A stretch of DNA of 50,679 nt, from contig CAJXSI010000005.1 in assembly GCA_913061155.1 (NCBI GenBank), positions 1 to 50,679 on the forward strand, given 5' to 3'. Within the stretch, counting starts at the first letter, position 1, and each line of letters begins with the position of its first letter. The position numbers were made by a program, and so were the translations under genes. Origin of the DNA: an uncultured Alphaproteobacteria bacterium. GTDB lineage: Bacteria > Pseudomonadota > Alphaproteobacteria > UBA7879 > VGCX01. The notes beneath the pieces were generated by a model. It saw nothing but the letters and a program-made list of their open reading frames with translations, searched no databases and was not told the origin of the DNA. Shown here in pieces: positions 39,273 to 49,259 of this stretch.

Positions 39273-41057
39273 TTGACAAATCAATCAGAAGTTAATTATA
39301 AGCATTCCACCCGACAATTAATGGTGCGTTTGTGGCGGCAATATATACGCCCTTATAAAAAACATTTCTTTTTATCTTTATTATGTATGGCTTTGGGGGC
39401 TGCAGCAACAGCTGGACTTGCCAAACAAATGGAACCCATTATTGATGATGTTTTCAAGTCAGAAAATATTAATGCCTTAAGGTATGTATCCTTTATTGTT
39501 TTTGGATTGTTTATTATTAAAGGCCTTTCTTCTTATGGGGAATCCATTTTCATGAACTTTATCGGACAACGTATCATTGCCAATTTACAGCAAGATTTAT
39601 TCCGGTGTCTTCTGCGATCAGATTTGGCTTTTTTCCATCATACATCGACGGGAACTTTAATATCCAGGTGCACCAACGATGTTAACCTTATGCGCAATGT
39701 TGTTTCCAACACCATCACCAGTTTTGGAAAGGATTTATTTACCGTTATTTGCTTGATGATTGTCATGTTTTACCAAGATTGGTTTTTATCCAGCATTACC
39801 TTTTTTGTTTTTCCTATTGCCATTTTGCCCATTGTAAAAATTGGAAAACGAATGCGCAAGGTTTCCACATCAACCCAAAAAGAAACGGGGTCTTTTATGA
39901 CTTTGTTAAATGAAATTTTCCAAGGGGCACGTTTGGTTAAGGCCTATGGAATGGAAAAGTATGAAAACAATCGGGCAAAAAAAGTAATCGAAGAAATCTT
40001 TCGTTTAAACATAAAAGCCAACCGCATTAAATCAATGTCTTCGCCTATTATGGAAACACTTGGGGGCATGGCAATTGTTGTTGTTATTTCATATGGTGGG
40101 TTACAGGTTATCAAAGGAAACAATACGGCGGGGGCATTTTTCTCGTTCATCTCTGCTTTGTTGTTGGCTTATGAACCTATGAAAAACTTGGCGAAATTGA
40201 ATGCAAATCTGCAAGAAGGTTTGGCGTCAACCATTCGTGTTTTCAGTGTGATTGATGCAAAGCCTTCCATTATTGATGGGCCAAAGGCTAAGGATATTCA
40301 AATTAAAAAAGGGGCCATTGAATTTAAAGAACTTAATTTTTCCTATACCCCTGAAAAGAAAATTTTAAAGAATATAAATCTTAAAATTTCTGCTGGGAAA
40401 ACTGTTGCTTTGGTTGGGCCAAGTGGATCTGGTAAGTCAACTTTGTTAAACCTGATTCCGCGTTTTTATGAATCTCAGGAAGGGGATATTTTATTTGATA
40501 ACACCCCAATTAAATCAATAAAAATTTCGTCGTTAAGAAATCATATCGCCCTTGTTAGCCAAGAAATTATGTTATTTGATGATACAATTATGGGAAACAT
40601 TTTGTATGGAAACCCATCTGCGTCTAAGCAAGATATCTATAATGCTGCAAAGGCAGCGGCGGCCCATGACTTTATTGAAATGTTACCTGAAGGGTATAAT
40701 ACCCGTATTGGGGAAAGTGGCATTCGTCTTTCTGGTGGACAGCGCCAAAGAATTTCGATTGCGCGGGCTATGTTGAAAAATGCCCCCATCCTTTTACTTG
40801 ATGAGGCAACATCTTCGCTGGATACGGAATCAGAGCGCCAAGTGCAAAAGGCCTTGGAAAAATTGATGGTTGGGCGTACGTGTGTTGTTATCGCCCATCG
40901 TTTATCAACCGTAAAAGATGCAGATAAAATTTATGTTCTGGATCAAGGGGAAATTGCTGAACAAGGGACCCATACCGATCTTTTGAAAACAAAAGGGATT
41001 TATTCCCAACTTTGTAAATGGCAGCTTATAGATGATAAAGAAAATTCTAAAAAGTAG
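39273..41057 (+). CDS. msbA: Lipid A flippase MsbA-like ABC transporter
   Basis: TMD-NBD fusion, GPSGSGKST, LSGGQRQR, LDEATS; heads a lipid A operon. Confidence 0.88.
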   Translation: MTNQSEVNYKHSTRQLMVRLWRQYIRPYKKHFFLSLLCMALGAAATAGLAKQMEPIIDDVFKSENINALRYVSFIVFGLFIIKGLSSYGESIFMNFIGQRIIANLQQDLFRCLLRSDLAFFHHTSTGTLISRCTNDVNLMRNVVSNTITSFGKDLFTVICLMIVMFYQDWFLSSITFFVFPIAILPIVKIGKRMRKVSTSTQKETGSFMTLLNEIFQGARLVKAYGMEKYENNRAKKVIEEIFRLNIKANRIKSMSSPIMETLGGMAIVVVISYGGLQVIKGNNTAGAFFSFISALLLAYEPMKNLAKLNANLQEGLASTIRVFSVIDAKPSIIDGPKAKDIQIKKGAIEFKELNFSYTPEKKILKNINLKISAGKTVALVGPSGSGKSTLLNLIPRFYESQEGDILFDNTPIKSIKISSLRNHIALVSQEIMLFDDTIMGNILYGNPSASKQDIYNAAKAAAAHDFIEMLPEGYNTRIGESGIRLSGGQRQRISIARAMLKNAPILLLDEATSSLDTESERQVQKALEKLMVGRTCVVIAHRLSTVKDADKIYVLDQGEIAEQGTHTDLLKTKGIYSQLCKWQLIDDKENSKK

Positions 41058-41715
41058 TTTGGGCATTAATATCATTGCCTTTATCGCATCTTCTTATATT
41101 CGTTTTGTGTGGTTAACATCCCGGTGGAAATATATTAATTATGCTGCCCCAGAATCCCTTGTAAAAGAAGGAAAACCCTTTATTGTTGCGTTCTTTCATG
41201 GGCGTCTTTTAATGCTTCCTTTCTGCTGGCGCCTTGTGCAAAAAAAGCATAAAAAACCTTTCTATATGTTAATTTCTGCCCATAAAGATGGCCGCCTTAT
41301 CAGCAAAACTGTTGGTTTTTTGGGCATAAAAAATATTGCAGGATCTACGAATAAAGGGGGGAAAGAGGCCCTTGTGAAGATTATTAAATTTATTAAAAAA
41401 GGGGAAGTTATTGGATTTACCCCAGACGGTCCCCGTGGCCCAGGGGAAAGCATTAGTGACGGAACAATAAGAACCGCCCAGATGGCAGGTGTTCCCATTT
41501 TACCCGTTACTTATTCCACATCGCGTCATAAGTTATTAAAGACTTGGGACAAGTTTTTTATTGCCCTTCCTTTCAGCAAAGGGGTTTTTTCATGGGGCGA
41601 TCCTGTGGATGTAAGCGATCGAAATATTCCCCTGGAAAATCATAAAAAAACTTTACAAAATGCGATGGTGGATCTTAAAAAAAAGGCAGATGATATAAGC
41701 CAGGGGAAAATATGA
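41032..41715 (+). CDS. DUF374 lysophospholipid acyltransferase family (LpxJ-like)
   Basis: FFHGR, SAHKDG, TPDGPRGP, WDKFFIALPFS. Confidence 0.88.
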   Translation: MIKKILKSSLGINIIAFIASSYIRFVWLTSRWKYINYAAPESLVKEGKPFIVAFFHGRLLMLPFCWRLVQKKHKKPFYMLISAHKDGRLISKTVGFLGIKNIAGSTNKGGKEALVKIIKFIKKGEVIGFTPDGPRGPGESISDGTIRTAQMAGVPILPVTYSTSRHKLLKTWDKFFIALPFSKGVFSWGDPVDVSDRNIPLENHKKTLQNAMVDLKKKADDISQGKI

Positions 41716-43013
41716 TTTTCCAGTTGTACAAAATACTAACCTCTATTTTCTATCCTATTCTATATTTATGGATACGATTTCGTGTCTTAATTAAAAAAGA
41801 AAACCCTGACCGCGTCCATGAACGTTTTGGATATGCACGCCTTTCCCGTCCGCCTGGGCCTGTTTTTTGGTTTCATGGGGCCAGCAATGGGGAATGCTTA
41901 AGTTTTTTATCCCTTTTAAAGCATCTACAGGGAAAATATCCCGACATTCACTTCTTAGTAACCTCTGGCACATTAACCTCTGCTAAGTTACTTGAACGGC
42001 TTTTGCCGACCCGTGCCTTTCACCAGTTTTTACCGTTGGACAATTCTGGCTGTGTTAAACGTTTTTTAAACCACTGGGAACCAACGGCCGTTTTTTGGAC
42101 GGAATCTGATTTATGGCCCAACCTTATTCATGAAACATCAAAAAGAAATATTCCCATGACTTTATTGAATGGGCGTCTTTCTGAAAAAAGTCTGAATCGA
42201 TGGAAAATACTGCCAAGTTTTATACAAAACCTTCTTGGGCAATTTAAAATTATTTTTTCTGGATCCCCCAAAAGCCAAAGTAACTTTGAAAATATTGGTA
42301 TAAAGAATGCTATTAATTCTGGGAACCTAAAGTTTTCAGGTCGCCCTTTGGGTGTTAACCCATCTTATCTTAAGTCTTTATCTGCCCAGATTAAGGGGCG
42401 CCCTGTTTGGGTGGCCGCCTGCACCCATCCAGGGGAAGAAGAAATGATTGCCCTGGTTCACAAAGAATTAAAACAACATATCCCAAATATTCTTACCATT
42501 ATCGTTCCCCGACATCCCCACCGGGCAAAATCTTTAGAAAACTTGTGGAAAAAGAATAACTTTAACTATGGTCATAGGTCCAAAGATGACTCTATTTCAA
42601 CAGCCACTGAACTTTATATATTTGATACAACGGGTGAATTAGGTCTGGCCTATAGTCTTACCGATATTGCTTTTATTGGGGGGTCTTTGGTGCCAAATAT
42701 TGGGGGCCACAATCCCATTGAAGGGGCGCAATTAAAGTGCTGTATTTTAACAGGGTCCCACATACACGGAAATACAAGTATTTTTGATTTGTTTGCTGAA
42801 CGCGAGGCCTGTTTTGTTGTCCAAAATCATCAAGAACTGGCAAAAACCCTTTTACAGTTATTCACAAATGAAACGTTAAGAAAAAAATATATTGATAATG
42901 CTGAAGAATTAACGTTAAATCAGCGCAATGTCCTTAAAATAATCATAAAAGAATTAAAGCAAAGCGGAGTCATTAATGCTGAAAACACCCAACTTTTGGT
43001 TCAAGAAAGATAG
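41712..43013 (+). CDS. waaA: Kdo transferase
   Basis: WFHGASNGE, PLD, ESDLWPN, NGRLS, GNLK, PRHP, GGSL..GGHNPIE. Confidence 0.94.
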   Translation: MIFQLYKILTSIFYPILYLWIRFRVLIKKENPDRVHERFGYARLSRPPGPVFWFHGASNGECLSFLSLLKHLQGKYPDIHFLVTSGTLTSAKLLERLLPTRAFHQFLPLDNSGCVKRFLNHWEPTAVFWTESDLWPNLIHETSKRNIPMTLLNGRLSEKSLNRWKILPSFIQNLLGQFKIIFSGSPKSQSNFENIGIKNAINSGNLKFSGRPLGVNPSYLKSLSAQIKGRPVWVAACTHPGEEEMIALVHKELKQHIPNILTIIVPRHPHRAKSLENLWKKNNFNYGHRSKDDSISTATELYIFDTTGELGLAYSLTDIAFIGGSLVPNIGGHNPIEGAQLKCCILTGSHIHGNTSIFDLFAEREACFVVQNHQELAKTLLQLFTNETLRKKYIDNAEELTLNQRNVLKIIIKELKQSGVINAENTQLLVQER

Positions 43014-43974
43014 TTTTTTAATAACTATCCTTTATCCAGCCTCAAAACTATACACATTTTTCAGTAAGTTACGATACAACAGCATCAAGCCTGTTGCCAT
43101 AAAAACACCCCTTATTTGTGTCGGAAACGCCACAGTTGGGGGGGCAGGTAAAACCCCAACGGCCATTGCTATTGGAAAAATATTACAAGATTTAAAATTA
43201 AAACCTGGGTTTTTAACGCGCGGGTATGGTGGGGAAACAAAAGGACCTTTCCGGGTAAATGCCTTGTATCACACAGCAAAACAAATGGGGGACGAAGCCT
43301 TAATTCTTGCCAAATATGGCCCTACATATGTTGCAAAAAACAAAGTAAAAGGTGGCCAGAAAATGGATGGCATGCACTTAGATGCCCTTATTATGGATGA
43401 TGGTTATCAAAACCCAGGCCTTGAAAAAGATATTTCTTTCTTAGTTATCGATGGTCAAATAGGTTTTGGAAATGATCATGTCTTTCCTGCTGGCCCCTTG
43501 CGCGAACCTGTAGAAGACGCTGTACAAAGGGCATCAGCTGTTGTTGTTATTGGATCTGCATCCGAAAGTGTTTCCAAAATATTAAACACCCTTTCTGTTC
43601 CTGTTTTTTATTCAACCGTAAAGTCCTTCTTTCCAAAAGATATTGATAAAGAAACAAAGTTTGTTGCTTTTTCAGGTATTGCTTTTCCAAGTAAGTTTTT
43701 TAATTCTTTACAAGATAACGGCTATAACCTTACAAAGAAAATATCTTTTGCAGATCATCACCTCTATACAGAAAAAGATATTTCTGACTTGCGTGAAAAG
43801 GCAAGGTCTTTGGGGGCAAAACTTATTACGACAGAAAAAGATTATGTCCGCCTGACGAAGATGCAGAAAAAATATGTAAGTTACGTACCCATTGAATTAT
43901 ACTGGGAAAATGAAAAAAAAGTTGCAACCTTTTTAAACGATAAAATTAAAACATGTCGCGAAAAAATATCATAA
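42976..43974 (+). CDS. lpxK: Tetraacyldisaccharide 4'-kinase
   Basis: VGNATVGGAGKTP, RGYGG, GDE, DDGYQ, PAGPLRE, TTEKD. Confidence 0.95.
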   Translation: MLKTPNFWFKKDSFLITILYPASKLYTFFSKLRYNSIKPVAIKTPLICVGNATVGGAGKTPTAIAIGKILQDLKLKPGFLTRGYGGETKGPFRVNALYHTAKQMGDEALILAKYGPTYVAKNKVKGGQKMDGMHLDALIMDDGYQNPGLEKDISFLVIDGQIGFGNDHVFPAGPLREPVEDAVQRASAVVVIGSASESVSKILNTLSVPVFYSTVKSFFPKDIDKETKFVAFSGIAFPSKFFNSLQDNGYNLTKKISFADHHLYTEKDISDLREKARSLGAKLITTEKDYVRLTKMQKKYVSYVPIELYWENEKKVATFLNDKIKTCREKIS

Positions 43975-44825
43975 AAAAATGGATTATTGATTTTTTTGGG
44001 TTCCTGCCCATCCTTATTTTATATGGCATTGCAAAGGTCCTTCCTGTGGATTGGTCTTCTTATCTGTTCGGTAAAATCGCCCGGAAAATAGGGCCAAAAC
44101 TTAAGGTATCCAAACGTGGATATGACAATCTTAAACAAGCCTTTCCGGATAAAAAAGATCTTGAAATAAACCTTTTAGTCAAAGAAACATGGGAAAATCT
44201 TGGACGTATTGCGGGGGAATTTCCACATGTGGAAAAAATTGCAAATGACCCGGACCGGGTTAATGTTGTTAATTTAAAATATATACTTGCTGCAAAAAGT
44301 TCAGACAAGCCTTGCTTGATGCTTGCAGGGCATCTTGGGAATTGGGAACTACCGCATTATATTGTTCTTAAAGAACAAATGGAAATTGGTTTGATTTCAA
44401 GACCGCCGAATAATATTTGGACAAAAAAATTCTTTGAAATCATACGTCATAACCCCAAAGTTCCCATTTTCTATAAAGGATCTGAAGGTTCACGTCAAAT
44501 TATAAAGTTTTTATCAAAGGGGGGGAATATGGGTATCCTTTTTGATCAGCGTCTTTCAGATGGGACCCCCCTTCCCCTTTTTGGACGCCCTGCCTTAACC
44601 GCCACAGGTCCGGCAAAATTGGCCAAACGTTTTGACGGGGAAATTATTCCTGTTCAAGTTGCCAGAATTCCAAATAAATGTAAATTTAAAGTCACGTTTT
44701 ATCCGCCGCTAGATATGGATAAATCGCCTGATGATCTGATGACATCTATGAATCAACACCTGGAATCTTGGATTCGTGAAAACCCTTGCCAATGGCTGTG
44801 GTTTCACAAACGTTGGAAGTTATAA
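43953..44825 (+). CDS. Lipid A late acyltransferase (LpxL/HtrB family)
   Basis: HLGNWE, DQ, PLFG, IRENPCQWLWFHKRWK. Confidence 0.92.
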   Translation: MSRKNIIKKWIIDFFGFLPILILYGIAKVLPVDWSSYLFGKIARKIGPKLKVSKRGYDNLKQAFPDKKDLEINLLVKETWENLGRIAGEFPHVEKIANDPDRVNVVNLKYILAAKSSDKPCLMLAGHLGNWELPHYIVLKEQMEIGLISRPPNNIWTKKFFEIIRHNPKVPIFYKGSEGSRQIIKFLSKGGNMGILFDQRLSDGTPLPLFGRPALTATGPAKLAKRFDGEIIPVQVARIPNKCKFKVTFYPPLDMDKSPDDLMTSMNQHLESWIRENPCQWLWFHKRWKL

Positions 44826-44970
44826 TTTTCCCCTATTTTTCAGAAAATTTAAACCCTAAATATAACAAGATCTATTTTTCAAATTTCTGTTCAACTACCA
44901 ATAGCTTGAAATTTTATAATTGCTTATTATATTCAAGTTACACATAACTATTTAACTATAGGACTAAATT

Positions 44971-45294
44971 ATGAAAAAATTATTAATTCTGGCTGCAGGC
45001 CTTCTATCTATCTTATCTTGTGATTACGGACATTGTGCAGCATGTGAAGATGAAGAAGGCATAAAAAAATCTGCTGTTCAGCAAGCTAAACCTAGTACTC
45101 TTAGTAGACTTGAAAAGATAACAGAGGATATGAGTGATGTTAACCGTGCGAATTTTATGCGTTTAATTTTCCGTATACACGAAAAATCGGGAAAAGATTC
45201 GGCTATTAGCGACTTACTTTCAAAAATAGAAAAAGACTCTAGGTGGAGTAGGCGACATCTGTTGACACTATGGCGTTCGTCCGGGAATTCTTAA
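44971..45294 (+). CDS. Small hypothetical exported protein
   Basis: MKKLLILAAGLLSILSC signal; AGGA RBS. Confidence 0.6.
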   Translation: MKKLLILAAGLLSILSCDYGHCAACEDEEGIKKSAVQQAKPSTLSRLEKITEDMSDVNRANFMRLIFRIHEKSGKDSAISDLLSKIEKDSRWSRRHLLTLWRSSGNS

Positions 45295-45482
45295 TATATT
45301 AGGACTGGCTTTAGATATATTTTAAAGTGAAATACTTTGTCGTTTTTTAAGGGGTTTGATCAAAAATTGGGCGGGTTGATATTGTCGCCTTATTAAATAG
45401 GATAACCCCTATTTTTCAGTAGCTTATTTAAATAAATAATGTTGTTATAAAAGTGATTTTATAATATTTAAAGGAGCTTATT

Positions 45483-46412
45483 ATGAAAAAATTATTCCGA
45501 TTTCCCACACTATTTATTTTATCTTTCTTTCTTTTTTCTTGTTCTTCCTCTATTTCAGAAGCTGTTTTTTTTGATACACAGGGAAAACTTGTCAACAAAG
45601 ATCTAAAACAGCTTTTGACGGTAACAGGACAAAGCCATGCCGAAACGTTAGATTCTGTTATCGCCGCAACCCAAGACAAGGAAAATGGGTGGCTTAGATC
45701 AGGGGAAAGATGGCATAAACAAAAAGAACGCTTCACCGACAAGCAACGCCAAGAAATTGTAGTGCTTGCCAAAAAATTAGGGTACTTAGATGAAAAAACC
45801 CCCTCAAAAGATAAATATGACCGCGCCCTTGTTCTTGGGGCTGCCAGTGTTCGAATTAAGTCAAGAATCAATTATTTAATTGACTTGTGGAAGCGTGGCA
45901 TTCGTTTTGATAAAATCGTTATGTTGGGAAGTACACGTTCTTTAGATGCCCCAGAATCTGATGTTTTGTTAAAACCAAATGTTCTTGAAAAGGGTTATGA
46001 AGCCAATGAAATGGGTCTGATGCAATATATTTATAACAACGAAGTTAGCCTTCCTAAAGATATGGCATCGCTTCCTGTTATTTGGGTCAAAGCAGAGGGG
46101 AAAGGTGGAAAACGGGCCAATACAGATGACACGATAGAAGAATGGTTAAAACGTGATACAGACCTTGCAAATGATATGACTGTTTTATCAGTGTCGAACC
46201 AGCCGCATGCGTCCTATCAGGGGGTTGTTATACAAACATATTTGGTGAATCATGAAAAAGGCCTTAACTTAACATCCGAAGTTGTCGGTGAAAAAAGTTC
46301 TTTGGCTGATAAAGCCAAACCAGATAGCCAAGAAATAGCTGTATTACTTGATGCGATGGCACGTCATTTATATTCTTTGAAAAAATTATCTTTGGCGCAG
46401 GCCTCTGTGTAA
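45483..46412 (+). CDS. Hypothetical lipoprotein, possibly YdcF/DUF218-like fold
   Basis: Lipobox LFSC; AAGGAG RBS; ALVLGA, RANT and VSNQPH segments. Confidence 0.65.
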   Translation: MKKLFRFPTLFILSFFLFSCSSSISEAVFFDTQGKLVNKDLKQLLTVTGQSHAETLDSVIAATQDKENGWLRSGERWHKQKERFTDKQRQEIVVLAKKLGYLDEKTPSKDKYDRALVLGAASVRIKSRINYLIDLWKRGIRFDKIVMLGSTRSLDAPESDVLLKPNVLEKGYEANEMGLMQYIYNNEVSLPKDMASLPVIWVKAEGKGGKRANTDDTIEEWLKRDTDLANDMTVLSVSNQPHASYQGVVIQTYLVNHEKGLNLTSEVVGEKSSLADKAKPDSQEIAVLLDAMARHLYSLKKLSLAQASV

Positions 46413-46669
46413 ACCTATTCATAACTTATGGGTAACCCTGGGGATAAAATCAAGGCTGGTTTTATCCCCTTATTAGGGTATTTTTTATAGACGAGTTACT
46501 AACACTGGATAGTTTTTTAAGTCATTTTGTTAATTTTGTGGAAAAGCCATTTTTCTTTGATCAATTAAGGCGGTTTTTGTTTTCTTGTTGTTGATAACTT
46601 ACGTATATAATGTTAATTATTCTTATCAACACAATCAACAGGCCCTATAACTAATACTAATAAATATAT
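46413..46669. other. Candidate chromosomal replication origin (oriC)
   Basis: Intergenic region upstream of hemE with four 8/9 DnaA boxes (46439-47, 46537-45, 46589-97, 46623-31), weaker boxes, then GGCCC and an AT-rich trinucleotide run. Confidence 0.8.
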
Positions 46670-47689
46670 ATGAATAATATTATTAAGAAGAGCAAATTTT
46701 TTCCAAGACCCCTTTGGTTCATGCGTCAAGCTGGACGTTATTTACCTGAATATAGGCAGTTAAGAAGTTCTTCAAACGGGTTTTTGGATATGTGTTTAAC
46801 CCCACATAAGGCTTGTGAAATTACGTTACAGCCCATCAAAAGGTTTCCTGATATTGATGCAGCCATTCTTTTTGCAGATATACTGATCATTCCTTATGCT
46901 TTGGGTCTTAACCTTGAATTCATAGAAAAAACGGGGCCTGTTTTATCCCCGGTTGATTTGAAATCCCCCCCTGATTTTTCCCCTGACAGCTTTCTGGAAA
47001 AAACGCAACCAATTATGGAAACCCTTAAAAAAGTTAAGTCCCACCTAAAGGGACAAACGCTTATTGGATTTGCTGGCGCCCCCTGGACAGTTGCTGCTTA
47101 TATGCTGCAAGGACAAGGTGGAAAAGACATGGCGGCTGCCAAAGCCAAGGCTTATGAAAACCCACAGGGGATGGCAACCCTTTTGGACACCCTTACAACA
47201 GCAACCATTTCTTATTTACTGGCCCAAATAAAGGCCGGGGCAGAAATGATTCAGCTATTTGAATCTTGGGCTGGGGTATTACCAGAGCCCTATTTTGACA
47301 AATGGTGTGTTGACCCAACGTTGAAAATAATAAAAGAAATTAAGGAAAAATTTCCAACGATTCCAATTTTTATTTTCCCACGCGGCGCCAGCCAGTATTA
47401 TAAAAAATACTTTGAAAACGATATAAAGCCAGACGGTATCAGCCTTGATACAAATATGGCCATTGATCAAGCGTTAAAAGATATTCCAAGGGATGTTATT
47501 CTGCAAGGTGGGATGGATCCCCAACTATTAAAAGCAGGGGGGACCCCCATGTTGATAGAGGCTGAAAGAATTTTGACCAAAACAAAAGACAGAAAATATA
47601 TTTTTAACTTAGGCCATGGAATGACCCCCGATATTCCCATAGAAAATGTGGAAAAATTAATTCAATTTATTAAAGGATGGCGACCATGA
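46670..47689 (+). CDS. hemE: Uroporphyrinogen decarboxylase
   Basis: WFMRQAGRYLPEYR, DAAILFADIL, GFAGAPWT, FNLGHG. Confidence 0.97.
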   Translation: MNNIIKKSKFFPRPLWFMRQAGRYLPEYRQLRSSSNGFLDMCLTPHKACEITLQPIKRFPDIDAAILFADILIIPYALGLNLEFIEKTGPVLSPVDLKSPPDFSPDSFLEKTQPIMETLKKVKSHLKGQTLIGFAGAPWTVAAYMLQGQGGKDMAAAKAKAYENPQGMATLLDTLTTATISYLLAQIKAGAEMIQLFESWAGVLPEPYFDKWCVDPTLKIIKEIKEKFPTIPIFIFPRGASQYYKKYFENDIKPDGISLDTNMAIDQALKDIPRDVILQGGMDPQLLKAGGTPMLIEAERILTKTKDRKYIFNLGHGMTPDIPIENVEKLIQFIKGWRP

Positions 47690-48717
47690 AAAAGACCGCT
47701 GTTATTTTATTTAACTTAGGCGGCCCGGATAATTTAAAAGCGGTCAAACCCTTTCTATTTAACCTGTTTAATGATCCGGCGATCATCGCCCTACCCAACC
47801 CTTTTCGATGGATTCTGGCCCAAATTATTTCCAGGAAACGCGTGAAAGAGGCAACAAAAATATACCAATACCTTGGGGGGAAAACCCCCTTACTTAAGCA
47901 AACCCAGGCCCAATCAATTGCGTTGGAAAAAGAATTAAATACAGAAAAATCAAATATTTATAAAACATTTACGGTCATGCGTTATTGGCACCCGCGGGCA
48001 GAAACTGTTTTCAAAGAAGTCTGTGCCTATGAACCGGATGAGGTGGTTCTTTTGCCGCTATATCCCCAGTATTCAACAACAACAAGTGCTTCGTCCTTTA
48101 AAGAATGGCAGGCCTTAAGTCGGGACAAATTCCCCACAAGGGTAATTTGTTGTTATCCTGAATCAGAAGGGTTTGTGGCCACAATTGCCAAAGAAATAGA
48201 TAAAGCACTTCAAAATAAAAATTCAAAAGAAAAAACCCGTATTTTATTTACAGCGCATGGTTTGCCGCAAAAAGTAATTGATGCCGGTGATCCCTATCAA
48301 CAACAAATTAATAAAACAGTGGCCGCCATTAAAAAAAATATGACCCAGATGCAAGGGGTTGAATCAGTGACCTGTTACCAAAGCCGTGTGGGCCCTTTGG
48401 AATGGATCAAACCTTATACCGATGATGAAATTAAAAAAGCGGGCAAGGAAGGGGTTTCTTTGGTTGTTGTGCCCATAGCCTTTGTTTCAGAGCATTCCGA
48501 AACATTGGTAGAGCTTGATATTGAATACAAAGAACTTGCGGAAAGTTGGGGTGTTCCCAGTTATCAACGCATAAAAACAGTTCAAGATGATCCAGGTTTT
48601 ATTCAAGGGTTAAAAAAGGCAGTGCAATCGCCAGGTATGCTATGCAAGGGGTGTGATCAAAACAATAAGTGTTGCTTTAAAAACACACTTGCACAAAGTA
48701 AATTTTTTCTACCTTGA
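47686..48717 (+). CDS. hemH: Ferrochelatase
   Basis: NLGGP, MRYWHP, PLYPQYS, AHGLP, QSRVGP.EW, FVSEHSETLVELD; ATGA-coupled to hemE. Confidence 0.96.
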   Translation: MKKTAVILFNLGGPDNLKAVKPFLFNLFNDPAIIALPNPFRWILAQIISRKRVKEATKIYQYLGGKTPLLKQTQAQSIALEKELNTEKSNIYKTFTVMRYWHPRAETVFKEVCAYEPDEVVLLPLYPQYSTTTSASSFKEWQALSRDKFPTRVICCYPESEGFVATIAKEIDKALQNKNSKEKTRILFTAHGLPQKVIDAGDPYQQQINKTVAAIKKNMTQMQGVESVTCYQSRVGPLEWIKPYTDDEIKKAGKEGVSLVVVPIAFVSEHSETLVELDIEYKELAESWGVPSYQRIKTVQDDPGFIQGLKKAVQSPGMLCKGCDQNNKCCFKNTLAQSKFFLP

Positions 48718-48779
48718 CCTGATAGGGTAAACAGATTAGGTTTTTTATATCAGTATTTATAATCATTAACTTATCAAGC

Positions 48780-49229
48780 ATGGCAAATTTCCTACAAAAT
48801 TCATACTTATGGATCAAAGCATTTCACGTTATTTCAGTTATCAGTTGGATGGCTGCAATGCTGTATTTACCAAGGCTTTATGTTTATCACTGCGAAGCAA
48901 GTGTTGGGTCAGAATTTTCTGAAAAATTAAAAATTATGGAGTACCGTCTTTTAAAATACATCATGACGCCGGCGATGATCGCGACATATTTATCAGGTAT
49001 AGGGTTGATTTTTACGCCAGGTTTGGTTATATGGAGTGAAGGATGGGTTCACGCCAAATTTTTCCTTGTTCTTTTATTAACCGCAACACATGGTTTGTTG
49101 GCAGCATATCGAAAAGATTTCCAGTACGATCAAAATAAACACACCCAAAAATTTTACAGGGTACTTAATGAAGTGCCAACTATTTTAATGATAGGCATCG
49201 TTATTTTAGTCATTACCAAACCATTTTAA
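48780..49229 (+). CDS. hemJ: Protoporphyrinogen oxidase HemJ
   Basis: KAFHVISVISWMA..YLPRLYVYH, NEVPT, C-terminal KPF. Confidence 0.95.
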   Translation: MANFLQNSYLWIKAFHVISVISWMAAMLYLPRLYVYHCEASVGSEFSEKLKIMEYRLLKYIMTPAMIATYLSGIGLIFTPGLVIWSEGWVHAKFFLVLLLTATHGLLAAYRKDFQYDQNKHTQKFYRVLNEVPTILMIGIVILVITKPF

Positions 49230-49259
49230 AAATTCAACCATCTATAAGGATATAAATAA

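Noticed and set aside
46517-46533. CtrA site in the origin region
   Set aside because: The TTAA half-sites are 9 nt apart, not 7.
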